Positions 40,831 through 49,323 of a DNA stretch of 64,000 bases are shown piece by piece (within the stretch, counting starts at the first letter, position 1; the number at the start of each line of letters is the position of its first letter). The notes beneath the pieces were generated by a model. It did not search any database. It was given only the letters and a program-made list of their open reading frames with translations, and had not been told where the DNA came from. Source of the DNA: a virus (lineage: Duplodnaviria > Heunggongvirae > Uroviricota > Caudoviricetes); IMG/VR virus record IMGVR_UViG_2595698871_000001, positions 109,443-173,442 of that record, one strand, 5' to 3'. A program made the translations under genes and the position numbers.

Positions 40831-41190
40831 TCATCGGTCTTCTCCGTGTTCAGCCTCGGCGAGGCGCTGGATGTAGGCGCGCATGCCCGCGCTGGACGCA
40901 TAGCGCCACGTCCAGGGGACCTGCTCGGGCCGGGCGCCGTTGAAGCGGCAGAGCCAGAGGAAGGCCTCCTCGGTGTGCGGGTAGTTCTCAGCGTCGGCCG
41001 AAAAGCCGGTCATGCGAAAGCATGCCGCGACCTGGGCCGGCGTCAGGTTCGGGTCGCGCACGGCCTTGAGCTTGACCTTCACCTCCTCGGGAGGCGGTGG
41101 TGGTGGCGGCTCGACCTCGTAGCCGGCCTTGCGCAGGAGCTTGATCGCGGCGGCGATCTCAGGCGTCGGCTTCATGGGCGCGGCTTCCAT
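40831..41190 (-). CDS. hypothetical protein (about 119 aa; proline-rich linker PPPPPPPEE)
   Basis: Start at the internal Met; the upstream ORF extension is R-rich shadow. Confidence 0.45.
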   Translation of the reverse strand: MEAAPMKPTPEIAAAIKLLRKAGYEVEPPPPPPPEEVKVKLKAVRDPNLTPAQVAACFRMTGFSADAENYPHTEEAFLWLCRFNGARPEQVPWTWRYASSAGMRAYIQRLAEAEHGEDR

Positions 41191-41417
41191 TCCCCGCACG
41201 AGACGTTCATGTGAACCTGGGGGAACTCCGCCCAGCCGATGTGATCGGGCTCGCGGTCGCCGTGGAAGCTGCCGCCCGACCGAGCGCCATGGTAGCGGGA
41301 CGGCTTGACCTTGATCGACGGCGGATAGCGCCGGCATTGACCGTGGCGCTCAACCTCGCGGGTGTCCTTGAAGAACCGGCAGTTGGCACAGCGCTCCTCG
41401 TCCTCGTTCTGGCTCAT
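41172..41417 (-). CDS. small zinc-finger protein (81 aa)
   Basis: Real frame is only the C-terminal 81 aa of the ORF-track entry; CANCRFF...HGQCRRY plus HxxxC; ATGA overlap. Confidence 0.45.
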   Translation of the reverse strand: MSQNEDEERCANCRFFKDTREVERHGQCRRYPPSIKVKPSRYHGARSGGSFHGDREPDHIGWAEFPQVHMNVSCGEWKPRP

Positions 41418-41941
41418 AGGATGTAGGCTCCGCCGTCGGCGCTCTCGCAGCGCTGATCGTGGAAGGCGTCCATGCCTACGCGGTAGACCTCGCAGATCGT
41501 GGGCCGCGTATGCGGCTCGTCCCAGGGCCGAATCAGGCCGTTCAGCGCCAGTTCGAAACCCTGGACCTGACCGTAGCGGGTGAAGACCGCGCCAAACGGC
41601 ACGTGCAGCGGATGCACGAGGATCATCTTGACCAGATCGAAGGTCTTGACGTCCTCGGGCATGTAGCCGTCCTGGCAGAGCACCGCCAGTTCGCAGGCCA
41701 CGCGCGTGCGCCGGCCGTAGACGTTGTCGATCTCCTCGCCGGTCAGGAACCGGTCGTCGAAGATCGGCGTCGTCCGGTCGGTCTTCTCCAGGAAGGCCAG
41801 TTGCTTCTCCGCCCACTGCCCCGCGCTCATGTAGGGCTGGTACAGGCAGGTCGCGACGATGCCGTACTTGACGCTCTTGTCGTAGAGCGTGTAGCGGCGG
41901 CCGGCGTGGTCGCGCTCGATCCAGATGGCGGGGCGCTTCAT
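41414..41941 (-). CDS. hypothetical protein (175 aa)
   Basis: Start at the internal Met (MKRPAIWIER). Confidence 0.5.
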   Translation of the reverse strand: MKRPAIWIERDHAGRRYTLYDKSVKYGIVATCLYQPYMSAGQWAEKQLAFLEKTDRTTPIFDDRFLTGEEIDNVYGRRTRVACELAVLCQDGYMPEDVKTFDLVKMILVHPLHVPFGAVFTRYGQVQGFELALNGLIRPWDEPHTRPTICEVYRVGMDAFHDQRCESADGGAYIL

Positions 41942-42246
41942 CGACGGACCACCGGCATGGTCTGGATCGAAAAATCGACGTGCTTGTGGTTGCAGTTGCC
42001 GGCGCCCGGCTGAATAGCATCCAGGGCGTCGCAAGTCCCGCGCTCCCAAGCGTCGCGCGCGGCGTAGACTTCCGAGGGCTTGGCCGAGGGGTCCACGCTG
42101 GGCATCTGGTAGCGGCGGGAGATCACGCTGTTCAGCTTGGTGGCGACGTCCTCGGCGTGCGCCAAGTCGGCGAACGCGGTGAGGTTGGTGACGCCGCCGG
42201 CGTCGTAGTCGCGGTCATCCATGACCAGAATGTAGACGGTGTCCAC
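41938..42246 (-). CDS. hypothetical protein (102 aa)
   Basis: GTG start 5 nt after a ggagg RBS. Confidence 0.5.
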   Translation of the reverse strand: MDTVYILVMDDRDYDAGGVTNLTAFADLAHAEDVATKLNSVISRRYQMPSVDPSAKPSEVYAARDAWERGTCDALDAIQPGAGNCNHKHVDFSIQTMPVVRR

Positions 42247-42320
42247 GTGGGCCTCCTTCGTTGTCGTCGGAGGCCTTCCTAGACTGGCGCGAGTGTGTTG
42301 TCAACAGCCCGAGGCCGACG
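42247..42320 (-). promoter_or_regulatory. consensus promoter/leader element
   Basis: Reverse complement reads cTGTTGACAAcacactcgcgccagtCTAGGAAGGCCTCCGACGACAACGAAGGAGGcccacGTG. Confidence 0.5.
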
Positions 42321-42524
42321 GAACTTCTCCATCAGCGCGGTGCGCTCGGCCGGCGTCATCTTGCGCTCCCAGCAGGCGTACTCGTCCTCGAACCGCGTAT
42401 GCTCGGCCCGGATGATCACGCCGTCGGGCGTGAGCCCCGACGCGTAGGGAGCCTTCATGCAGTGCCCCAGCGACTGTCCCACCCAGGGGTGCCAGAGCCG
42501 GCAGGTTCCGCACGACTGGGTCAC
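42279..42524 (-). CDS. small zinc-finger protein (81 aa); its 3' end contains the next promoter's -35
   Basis: CGTCRLWHPW...C..; ORF with good codon usage. Confidence 0.45.
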   Translation of the reverse strand: MTQSCGTCRLWHPWVGQSLGHCMKAPYASGLTPDGVIIRAEHTRFEDEYACWERKMTPAERTALMEKFRRPRAVDNTLAPV

Positions 42525-42763
42525 GCCGCCGCGACCGCCGCCATGATCACCAGGATGACCAGCCCCACCGTCACCACCGCGACTGCCGGGCAGAGGATCA
42601 GTGACAGGAAGAAGGTCAGGGTCGGGTGGTCGAGGAAGAAGTAGTCGAGGTAGGCTGGCGGATGCGGCTGGTCATAGAGATAGCCGGCCGTGAAGCCGAG
42701 GATCACCACGCCGCAGGCATAGGCGGCGATGTACCAGAGGGCGTATTTGACCGCGTTGGGCAT
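42521..42763 (-). CDS. membrane protein (2-3 TM)
   Basis: Hydrophobic 80-aa ORF. Confidence 0.5.
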   Translation of the reverse strand: MPNAVKYALWYIAAYACGVVILGFTAGYLYDQPHPPAYLDYFFLDHPTLTFFLSLILCPAVAVVTVGLVILVIMAAVAAA

Positions 42764-42948
42764 CAGAGGAACTTCTCACCGTTGTGGCAGGCGATGCCCA
42801 CCCGCGCGACGATCGCCGCGAAGTAGACCAGCAGAAGGAAAGTCTGGGACTCGATGGCGAAGCCCAGAACCCGCATGACATGCAGGGCCGAGATCGGAAC
42901 GACGAGGACGGAGACGATGATCATTAGAAGCGAGATCAGCATTTTCAT
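42763..42948 (-). CDS. small membrane protein (61 aa)
   Basis: Only the C-terminal 61 aa of the ORF-track entry is hydrophobic and codon-typical: MKMLISLLMIIVSVLVVPISALHVMRVLGFAIESQTFLLLVYFAAIVARVG. Confidence 0.45.
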   Translation of the reverse strand: MKMLISLLMIIVSVLVVPISALHVMRVLGFAIESQTFLLLVYFAAIVARVGIACHNGEKFL

Positions 42949-43271
42949 CGATCGGACCTTTGACTTTCCAGGTAGTTTATGCGTCCGCGCAGCGACGAGA
43001 TCGTGTTCTTCAGGTCCTCGATCTCCCTGGCGTGGCGCTTGTCGGCGTCTTCGGTCTCGCGCTTGTGGCGATCGCGCGTCTGACGCAACTCGGTGTCCAA
43101 CGGGTTGGGGATCACGTCGTGACCCATCGCCTGACCGTAGTTCTCGGCCGAGGTCTCGATCCCCTGGGCGATGCCAACGCGCTGCTCCTCGGTGAGCCCG
43201 TCCCAGACGTCCCAAAGGCCCTCGCCGTCGAAGGCTAGGTCCAGGCTGTCGCGCCAGTAGCTATTCGACAT
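42945..43271 (-). CDS. hypothetical protein (108 aa; coiled-coil C-terminus)
   Basis: ORF with good codon usage. Confidence 0.5.
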   Translation of the reverse strand: MSNSYWRDSLDLAFDGEGLWDVWDGLTEEQRVGIAQGIETSAENYGQAMGHDVIPNPLDTELRQTRDRHKRETEDADKRHAREIEDLKNTISSLRGRINYLESQRSDR

Positions 43272-43626
43272 CGACGTTCAGGTCCCGCTTGAGCGCCGTC
43301 GCGCAGTCGCTGCCGTGGGAGATCAGATCGCCAGAGCGCACCAGCATGGCGACGGTGGCGTCGCTGATGCGCACGCCCCGGTGCCCGATCGGGAACCAGT
43401 CACCATCGTGATCCTTGAGCAGGCCGTGGTCGCGCACCGCCCAGGACAGCGCCTGCGCCGCGCGCTGGGCGGCGGCCGTGGCGCTCTCGGCCATCTGGTG
43501 CAGGTCCTCGGGCGAGAAGCAGTTCAGCAGCTTCTCGCGCATGCCCTCGCGGTCCTCGGCCGGCGGCTTGATGAAGAACTCCAGCAGCAGGTCGACGTGG
43601 TGCTCGGGCGAATTGGTCTTCGTCAT
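43261..43626 (-). CDS. hypothetical protein (121 aa)
   Basis: ORF with good codon usage. Confidence 0.5.
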   Translation of the reverse strand: MTKTNSPEHHVDLLLEFFIKPPAEDREGMREKLLNCFSPEDLHQMAESATAAAQRAAQALSWAVRDHGLLKDHDGDWFPIGHRGVRISDATVAMLVRSGDLISHGSDCATALKRDLNVDVE

Positions 43627-43901
43627 CAGGCCCTCTGCTTGGTCACGGCGGCGTACACGACGTCGATCATCATGCCCAGGGTCGTGTCCTGGTCGGGGAA
43701 GTCCTCGGGAAGTTCGATGAAGAACTCCTCCTCCAGCGACATCGCCAGATCGACAAAGTCGAGGCTGTCGAACCGCAGGTCCGGACCGAGACGCAGGTCC
43801 TTGTGGTAGTCGTCCAGAACGATGGGCGTCTCGCTCATCATGTGCGCGAATTCGTACACCGCGATCTGGACTTCACTCCACGTGACTTTTGTATCGGCCA
43901 A
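43626..43901 (-). CDS. acyl carrier protein-like protein
   Basis: LGPDLRFDSLDFVDLAMSLEEEFFIELPEDFPD aligns with E. coli ACP [29 protein letters not shown], including the phosphopantetheine-site Ser of DSLD; TTG start with aagggga RBS. Confidence 0.65.
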   Translation of the reverse strand: MADTKVTWSEVQIAVYEFAHMMSETPIVLDDYHKDLRLGPDLRFDSLDFVDLAMSLEEEFFIELPEDFPDQDTTLGMMIDVVYAAVTKQRA

Positions 43902-43980
43902 GGACTTCCCCTTCTGCTGCTGCCCGGCGCTTCTAGCGAAGCTTCACCAGGACGTCAACACTCTAACGCCAGACCCAACT
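43902..43980 (-). promoter_or_regulatory. consensus promoter/leader element (TTGACG variant)
   Basis: Reverse complement reads gttgggtCTGGCGTTAGAGTGTTGACGtcctggtgaagcttcgCTAGAAGcgccgggcagcagcagAAGGGGAagtccTTG. Confidence 0.55.
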
Positions 43981-44628
43981 CAAGCTGAGCACGATGTCGT
44001 GGTCCTCGTAGGCGGCGCTGCGTCCGGTGATCAGCTTGATCCCCCGCAGCGGCCCCAGCCGCCAAAGCTGGACCTCCTTACGCTCATGGCGCCCCGGCAC
44101 ATGCTCCAGCAGTTCGCGGCGCTTGATCGCGATATGCTTTTGCTCGCGGTGGACGACCAGGGCGATCTTGCACGTCGGGCTCTTGCCAAACCACCGGCGC
44201 CAGTAGCCGGGCGTGTCGAGGTTGTCGAACAAGCGCGCCACGCGCTTGCTGACCGGGCGCAGCCCCGCGACCTGCCGGCGCACGTTGAGCGGCGGGAAGG
44301 TGCAGGGCGGCCAGACGTCGAGCAGGCTCTGGCGCAGGCGGCGAAACTCCCAGGCCAACATGGCATTGTCCTTGGAGTTGTTGCACGCCACGCACGCCGC
44401 CGCGACATTGCTGTCGTGGTTCGAGCCGCCCTCGGCCTTGGCCTCCAGGTGTTCGATCGTGACCTCGTCCGGCTCCAGGTTGCCGGCTTTCTTACCGACG
44501 CGCCGGCGATATTTCATCTGCCCCGTGCAGTAGGTGCAGAGGCCGCCCGACTCCAGGAAGAGCCGTTGCCGGCGGTTTGGGGCCGCTGGCGGGAGGGGAT
44601 CGTAGACGATGACGTCAGAGGACGACAT
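43963..44628 (-). CDS. HNH endonuclease
   Basis: CTYCTGQM...TIEHLEAKAEGGSNHDSNVAAACVACNNSK: two Cys pairs flanking a His-Asn-His core. Confidence 0.7.
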   Translation of the reverse strand: MSSSDVIVYDPLPPAAPNRRQRLFLESGGLCTYCTGQMKYRRRVGKKAGNLEPDEVTIEHLEAKAEGGSNHDSNVAAACVACNNSKDNAMLAWEFRRLRQSLLDVWPPCTFPPLNVRRQVAGLRPVSKRVARLFDNLDTPGYWRRWFGKSPTCKIALVVHREQKHIAIKRRELLEHVPGRHERKEVQLWRLGPLRGIKLITGRSAAYEDHDIVLSLSWVWR

Positions 44629-45055
44629 AGCCGTCCTCGCCGTTCTCGAACGCGAGATCAGCGAAGCGCAGGTTCTCCAGGGCGACGTTGAACGCCTCCT
44701 CCGACCCGCCGACCTTGGCCCAGATCGCCCGGCGAGCGATCACGGTGGTGAAGAGGTTGGGCGAGCGGCCCTGGCGGACCTCGTCGGCCGCCAGATCGAC
44801 GAGCACGCGGTAGGCCGCGCCCGTCACGGTTTGGCGGCTGCGCACGTCCACGAGACCCAGGCCCCGCAGGGTGTCCAGGTAGGCGCTCAGGTCTTTGACC
44901 GTGACGCCGGCCGTCAGGGCGAAGGTCGTCGGGTTGGTGTCGAGCACCTTCAGCGACTCGGCGCGGCGCAGGACCACCTCCTCGCGGGCCTCGATCGCCA
45001 GTTGCTCGTCCGACTTCTTCTCGGCTTGTTTGATCTTGCGCAGGGGGTTCAGCAT
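44615..45055 (-). CDS. hypothetical protein (146 aa)
   Basis: Start at the internal Met (MLNPLRKIKQ); the upstream part is shadow. Confidence 0.45.
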   Translation of the reverse strand: MLNPLRKIKQAEKKSDEQLAIEAREEVVLRRAESLKVLDTNPTTFALTAGVTVKDLSAYLDTLRGLGLVDVRSRQTVTGAAYRVLVDLAADEVRQGRSPNLFTTVIARRAIWAKVGGSEEAFNVALENLRFADLAFENGEDGYVVL

Positions 45056-45063
45056 GGGGTCTC

Positions 45064-45456
45064 CTAGTAGAGGACGCTCCAAGACGTCTGGGTCTTGGCG
45101 TAGGCGGATGGGGTGATGTAGCCGCGATCCTTGAGATCGTCGATCAGGGCGAGGGTCGTCGGCAGGAACGCTTCTTCGCTCAGGGGCTCTTGGCCCGGCT
45201 CGCAGTGGTTGCGCGCCCACCAGTAGAGGCGGTGGTTGAGCCGCAGCGTCGTGCGCTCGAACGCCCGGCGCGGGTTGATCTCGTTGGCCAGGATGTGCAT
45301 GAGCCAGCCCGCCAGGGTATAGCGCGAGGAATTGCCGACCGGGTCGCGATAGAAGCCCGCCTGCTTGAGCGCCTCGAACTCGGCCTGGAACTCCGGCAGG
45401 AACCGCACGAGGCGGCCGAACGGCTCATGGAAGACGACGATCTGCCGATCATTCAT
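45064..45456 (-). CDS. hypothetical protein (130 aa)
   Basis: ORF with good codon usage. Confidence 0.5.
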   Translation of the reverse strand: MNDRQIVVFHEPFGRLVRFLPEFQAEFEALKQAGFYRDPVGNSSRYTLAGWLMHILANEINPRRAFERTTLRLNHRLYWWARNHCEPGQEPLSEEAFLPTTLALIDDLKDRGYITPSAYAKTQTSWSVLY

Positions 45457-45814
45457 CGGCCTGATACCCCAGGTACGGGCGCAGGTTGGCCAGATCGTCC
45501 TCCTCCAGGCGGATGGACGTGAGCTTCGAGCACCGGGCGTTCTCGGCCATCTTGGTGTAGCGGCTGGCGAGGTTCCAGTAGGTCCTCGCGTGGTCCCACC
45601 AACGATAGTTGTTATCGAGGACCTTCTCGGCTTCCTCGCGGGTCACCGGCCGGCGCTGGAAGAGCCACCACGGCGCGACGCTGGTGGTCTCGACCTTCAT
45701 GATCTTGGCGATCGTCTCCTCGCGGATGGCGTCGCCCTGGGCCTCGAAATCCTCGGCGCCCTTGGTGGCGGCCTCGATCAAGACGAGGCGGTCGACTTCG
45801 GCGCTCATGCTCAC
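45449..45814 (-). CDS. hypothetical protein (121 aa)
   Basis: ORF with good codon usage. Confidence 0.5.
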   Translation of the reverse strand: MSMSAEVDRLVLIEAATKGAEDFEAQGDAIREETIAKIMKVETTSVAPWWLFQRRPVTREEAEKVLDNNYRWWDHARTYWNLASRYTKMAENARCSKLTSIRLEEDDLANLRPYLGYQADE

Positions 45815-46080
45815 TTCAGCTTCTCCCCGACATAGACCTCCAGGAAACGCGTTTGCGTTTCGGGGTCCTGGAACATCCAGATGGCGTACTTGGTGCGCGG
45901 GAACGGCTGGCGGAAGAACTCCACCCCGCCCAGCGTCTGCTTGGCGATCGGGGGCGTCGGCGCCGCCAGCGGCGTCTTGACCACAAACGGGTAGCGTTCG
46001 AGGTGCTTAATCACCGCCATGGAGCAGTCGCGCTCGCGCGTCGTCTTCTCGGGCAGGTCGCGGGTCCAGGTCGTAGTCAA
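45811..46080 (-). CDS. hypothetical protein (89 aa)
   Basis: ATGA overlap. Confidence 0.5.
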   Translation of the reverse strand: MTTTWTRDLPEKTTRERDCSMAVIKHLERYPFVVKTPLAAPTPPIAKQTLGGVEFFRQPFPRTKYAIWMFQDPETQTRFLEVYVGEKLK

Positions 46081-46229
46081 AGGGCCTTCTCCGAGGCACG
46101 GGCGATGATCGCCACCAAGAGGATGGAAAAGAGGGCGGCCGTGATCATCGGCGGCTGGCGGTTGTAGCCGTCGACGAAGCCTTGGATCACGCCGACCAGC
46201 ATGGCGGCGCCGTAAGCGGACCAGAATTT
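46077..46229 (-). CDS. small membrane peptide (about 50 aa), tentative
   Basis: TTG/ATG start coupled to the upstream stop; hydrophobic ...AAMLVGVIQGF...MITAALFSILLVAIIARA. Confidence 0.3.
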   Translation of the reverse strand, partial: KFWSAYGAAMLVGVIQGFVDGYNRQPPMITAALFSILLVAIIARASEKAL

Positions 46230-46801
46230 CAAGCCGTGATCTCCTCGAAGCGGCCGTCCATGAACTCGGCCTCGCGCCGGCCCCAGACCTGCCCGCCGCC
46301 GTCGATGTAGCTCAGCAGGGTCTCGTCGTCCTGGATCGGGGTCTCGCACTGGATGCGGATGGTCCCCACCACGGCATAATCGGAGCCCCGCTTCTTGTGG
46401 CGGAACCGGCGCATGCCGCGCGGCAGTTCGGCCAGGAAGGCTTTCAGGGCGTCGGCCATCTTGGCGACGCCATGCGGGAAGTGCGAGCCCGGCCCCCGAA
46501 CCCATTGATAGACCGTCGCCAGGGCAAAGCGCCCGGCGGCGATCTCGCCGGTCGGGTCCTTGCGGAGCCGATCGGGCGCGTGATCTTCGAGGTAGTTGGT
46601 CCCCAGGAGCGCCATCATGTGGGCCTCGTCGACCGTGGTCGGAACCCTCAGGAAACCCTCGGGCGTCGCGCCGTCGAGCGCTTTGATCGCGCCCAGCAGG
46701 ACCGCCGCCTTTTCCGTATGCCACTCACGCCCGCCCGGCTCGGGCGAGTGTGCGGCATGATAGAGGTGGTAGTCCATGATTTCGTGCAGGGCTTCGCTCA
46801 T
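46229..46801 (-). CDS. hypothetical protein (190 aa)
   Basis: ggaagg RBS; first gene after the promoter. Confidence 0.5.
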   Translation of the reverse strand: MSEALHEIMDYHLYHAAHSPEPGGREWHTEKAAVLLGAIKALDGATPEGFLRVPTTVDEAHMMALLGTNYLEDHAPDRLRKDPTGEIAAGRFALATVYQWVRGPGSHFPHGVAKMADALKAFLAELPRGMRRFRHKKRGSDYAVVGTIRIQCETPIQDDETLLSYIDGGGQVWGRREAEFMDGRFEEITA

Positions 46802-46875
46802 CGGGTCCTTCCGTTGTCGTCGGCCGTGACTTTAGAGGGTCACGGCTGAGCCTGTCAACACATCAAGTCAGGGCT
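46802..46875 (-). promoter_or_regulatory. consensus promoter/leader element
   Basis: Reverse complement reads GTGTTGACAGGctcagccgtgaccCTCTAAAGtcacggcCGACGACAACGGAAGGAcccgATG. Confidence 0.55.
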
Positions 46876-47387
46876 TCGAGCCCGCGATGATAAAAGAGCC
46901 GGCGGCCGTTGAAGAACAGCCGGACCCGGAACTTGTCGCCCAGCTTGCCGATGTCGAGCGAGAAGCCCAGCAGGCCCAGGCTGACATAGGCGTGGTTCTC
47001 GCGTCGACCACGCATCATCGGCACGTCGTTCATGCCGCCGATCGCCAGCCGGATCAGCCAGCGCCAGCCCAGGTCGAAGCGCTTGAAGCCCTGCCAGGAG
47101 ATCGAGCGCCAGATGAAGCCGCCGCCCAGGAAGGATGCCTCGGCATCGAGGTTCCAGCCGCCGGCCAGGGGATCGCCCCGGCGACGGTATTGCAGCCGGC
47201 CCAGCGCTGACTTGAAGTCGAACTGCGGCAGACGCGCCAGCAGAGCGAACCAGAGCCGGGCGCCGATGAAGAGGAACGGATGGATCAGGCAGGCGTAGAG
47301 CAGCACCACCAGGAAGATCAGGGCGTGGTAGTAGTTGATCCAGACGGCGCCGAGAAAGGCGCCCAACTTGGGCGTGTCGTTGGTCAC
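46863..47387 (-). CDS. membrane protein (3-4 TM), hypothetical
   Basis: AFLGAVWINYYHALIFLVVLLYACLIHPFLFIGARLWFALLA. Confidence 0.5.
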   Translation of the reverse strand: MTNDTPKLGAFLGAVWINYYHALIFLVVLLYACLIHPFLFIGARLWFALLARLPQFDFKSALGRLQYRRRGDPLAGGWNLDAEASFLGGGFIWRSISWQGFKRFDLGWRWLIRLAIGGMNDVPMMRGRRENHAYVSLGLLGFSLDIGKLGDKFRVRLFFNGRRLFYHRGLEALT

Positions 47388-48028
47388 GTGCGGTCCCCCT
47401 CGGCGAAATCACCGGCGCGGCCGATGATCGGATAGAACGTGTACATCTCGCCCGGCCGGTCCCTGGCTTCCCGGCTGATCACCGGCAGGTCCGGGGCGTA
47501 GCGGGCAAACCACGCGGCCTTGCGCTCGGCCCAGGCTTGTGGGTCCTCGTCGTGGTCCCAGCCAAACACCCCGCGCCCGTTCTCCTTGCCCTTGCGGATC
47601 GAGGAGAGCATCTGGTTCATGCCGATGTAGCGGCAGTAGGCCTCCGGCGCCGCGCCGTGCTGCGTCGGGCGCCCGTTGTTGTGGTGATCGACGAAGGCCA
47701 GATCGTTCTTGGACAGGTCCTGCTCGATCCAGCCACGACCGTCCTTGACGAACGGATCGACCAGCTTGGTGATCTCGCGATAGACGTCGATCCCGACGAA
47801 GGCCGCATAGCCATCCGACAGGCTCAGTTCGGGGTTGACCCCGTCCCGGAGGGTGATCATGTAGGCGCAGCCCTCGGCAATGGTCTTGCCTTCGAGGAGT
47901 GCGGCATAGCGCATGCAGATGTCGCCCCAGGCCTTGGCGGACAGGACGTCCCAGGCGGTGCGCTGCATCCGATCGCGGCGGTAGTAGGCCTGGGCGGCTT
48001 CGCGCAGGTGATCAGAAAACGTGGTCAT
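47384..48028 (-). CDS. hypothetical protein (214 aa)
   Basis: ORF with good codon usage. Confidence 0.5.
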   Translation of the reverse strand: MTTFSDHLREAAQAYYRRDRMQRTAWDVLSAKAWGDICMRYAALLEGKTIAEGCAYMITLRDGVNPELSLSDGYAAFVGIDVYREITKLVDPFVKDGRGWIEQDLSKNDLAFVDHHNNGRPTQHGAAPEAYCRYIGMNQMLSSIRKGKENGRGVFGWDHDEDPQAWAERKAAWFARYAPDLPVISREARDRPGEMYTFYPIIGRAGDFAEGDRT

Positions 48029-48037
48029 GAGCCCTCC

Positions 48038-48661
48038 CTAGTTTCGAAGGAACAGAAGGATGTCGCGGGCCTTGTCTTCCTTGGCGAAGCGGCCCTTGAT
48101 CGTCTTGGCGGCGGCGGCCTGCTTGAGCAGCTTGGCCGCCTGCATGAGCTTGTCGGCCTCCTCCAGGAGCCTGGACGACTGCCCCGTGTCCCCGATCAGC
48201 GCTTGCTCGTCGATGACCTCGCCCGTGCGAATGTCGATGATCCGGAACTTCGTGGGGAAGCCCGTGGAATCGACCGGATCGGCGTGAACGAGATAGTTCA
48301 GCGTCGCCTTGGCGGTCGCCAAGTCCACGAACCCGGAATGATCGGTCCAGGCCTTGCCTTTCCGGTTGTAGCCCTCGCCGCCATAGCTTTCGACGGCGTA
48401 GATCGGGAGCGGACCACCGTCCTCGGTGGCCTGTTGGCCTGCCATGTGCGCGGGATGGACCACGAGCCCGGTGCGGATGTCGACGACCCGCCAGGACCCT
48501 TCCAGGTCCTTGCCGACGTAGTGGTCGACGTCCAGGGCCGCGTCCGTCACGTCATCGAAAGTCGAATGAAGCTTCCACGTCCGGGCCGCGTCGGGAAGGG
48601 TTTCGCGGCCACGCGGCAGGGGATAGAACCCCTGGAGCCAGAACGGATCGTGCGACGGCAT
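48038..48661 (-). CDS. hypothetical protein (207 aa)
   Basis: ORF with good codon usage. Confidence 0.5.
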   Translation of the reverse strand: MPSHDPFWLQGFYPLPRGRETLPDAARTWKLHSTFDDVTDAALDVDHYVGKDLEGSWRVVDIRTGLVVHPAHMAGQQATEDGGPLPIYAVESYGGEGYNRKGKAWTDHSGFVDLATAKATLNYLVHADPVDSTGFPTKFRIIDIRTGEVIDEQALIGDTGQSSRLLEEADKLMQAAKLLKQAAAAKTIKGRFAKEDKARDILLFLRN

Positions 48662-48951
48662 CAGTGGCCCTTCGCCGGGCGCTTGAAGCGGCCGTTCTCG
48701 TCGTAGCTGTCGACGCTGGCGCCGGGCGTGTCCCAGCCGAACATCGAGCCGAACTCCATGGCCGAAGCCTGGGCGGGCGTCACGCCCATGCGCTTGTTCA
48801 GGCTGGCGACGATTTCCGCGCCCTGGGGACCGTAGTTGGGATTGTAGTAGCCGGTCTCGCCACGCTTGACGATCACGGTTTCGCCCGTGGTCGACAGGAC
48901 CACATAGGCGGTCTCAGGCAGGGCGGCGAGGTTGGTTTCGAGCAGGGACAT
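48661..48951 (-). CDS. hypothetical protein (96 aa)
   Basis: ggaggc RBS; first gene after the promoter. Confidence 0.5.
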   Translation of the reverse strand: MSLLETNLAALPETAYVVLSTTGETVIVKRGETGYYNPNYGPQGAEIVASLNKRMGVTPAQASAMEFGSMFGWDTPGASVDSYDENGRFKRPAKGH

Positions 48952-49025
48952 CGGGGCCTCCTTGGTTGTCGTCGACGCTCCCTATAGACCCGGTCTGTCA
49001 GCCTGTCAACACTCGACAGCCAAGT
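48952..49025 (-). promoter_or_regulatory. consensus promoter/leader element with a duplicated CTGTCAG half-site
   Basis: Reverse complement reads GGCTGTCGAGTGTTGACAGGCTGACAGaccgggtCTATAGGgagcGTCGACGACAACcAAGGAGGccccgATG. Confidence 0.55.
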
Positions 49026-49323
49026 AACGATTCCGCTGGGGCTCGTAGGGTAGATCGTTGGCGACCGCCATCAGCCAGCCGGCGTGACAGCGCTTGGGCG
49101 CGCAGTGGCAGACGAGGTGGAAGCCCTTGAGATTAGCCTTCACCCAGGCGATGAACTGCGCATCGTCCCGCCTGTGGGCGATGTACCGGTCGATCACCTG
49201 ATCGCGAGTTCCGTCGACGCCGATCCGGAACTCGTTGCCCGCCGGCGTCCCCCGGCCGACGTACTTGGACATCGGCGGGAGGTGGCCTGGGAAATCGCTT
49301 CGGCTCAGGACTTGGAGGATCAC
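49006..49323 (-). CDS. DUF4326-like protein (tentative)
   Basis: YVGRGTPAGNEF...GFHLVCHCAPKRCHAGWL resembles the remembered DUF4326 motifs (YIGR..WGNPF ... LvCwCaP..CHa); GTG start overlapping the HAD-gene stop (GTGA); an alternative ATG at 49272 (MSKYV) lacks an RBS. Confidence 0.45.
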   Translation of the reverse strand: MILQVLSRSDFPGHLPPMSKYVGRGTPAGNEFRIGVDGTRDQVIDRYIAHRRDDAQFIAWVKANLKGFHLVCHCAPKRCHAGWLMAVANDLPYEPQRNRYLAVEC

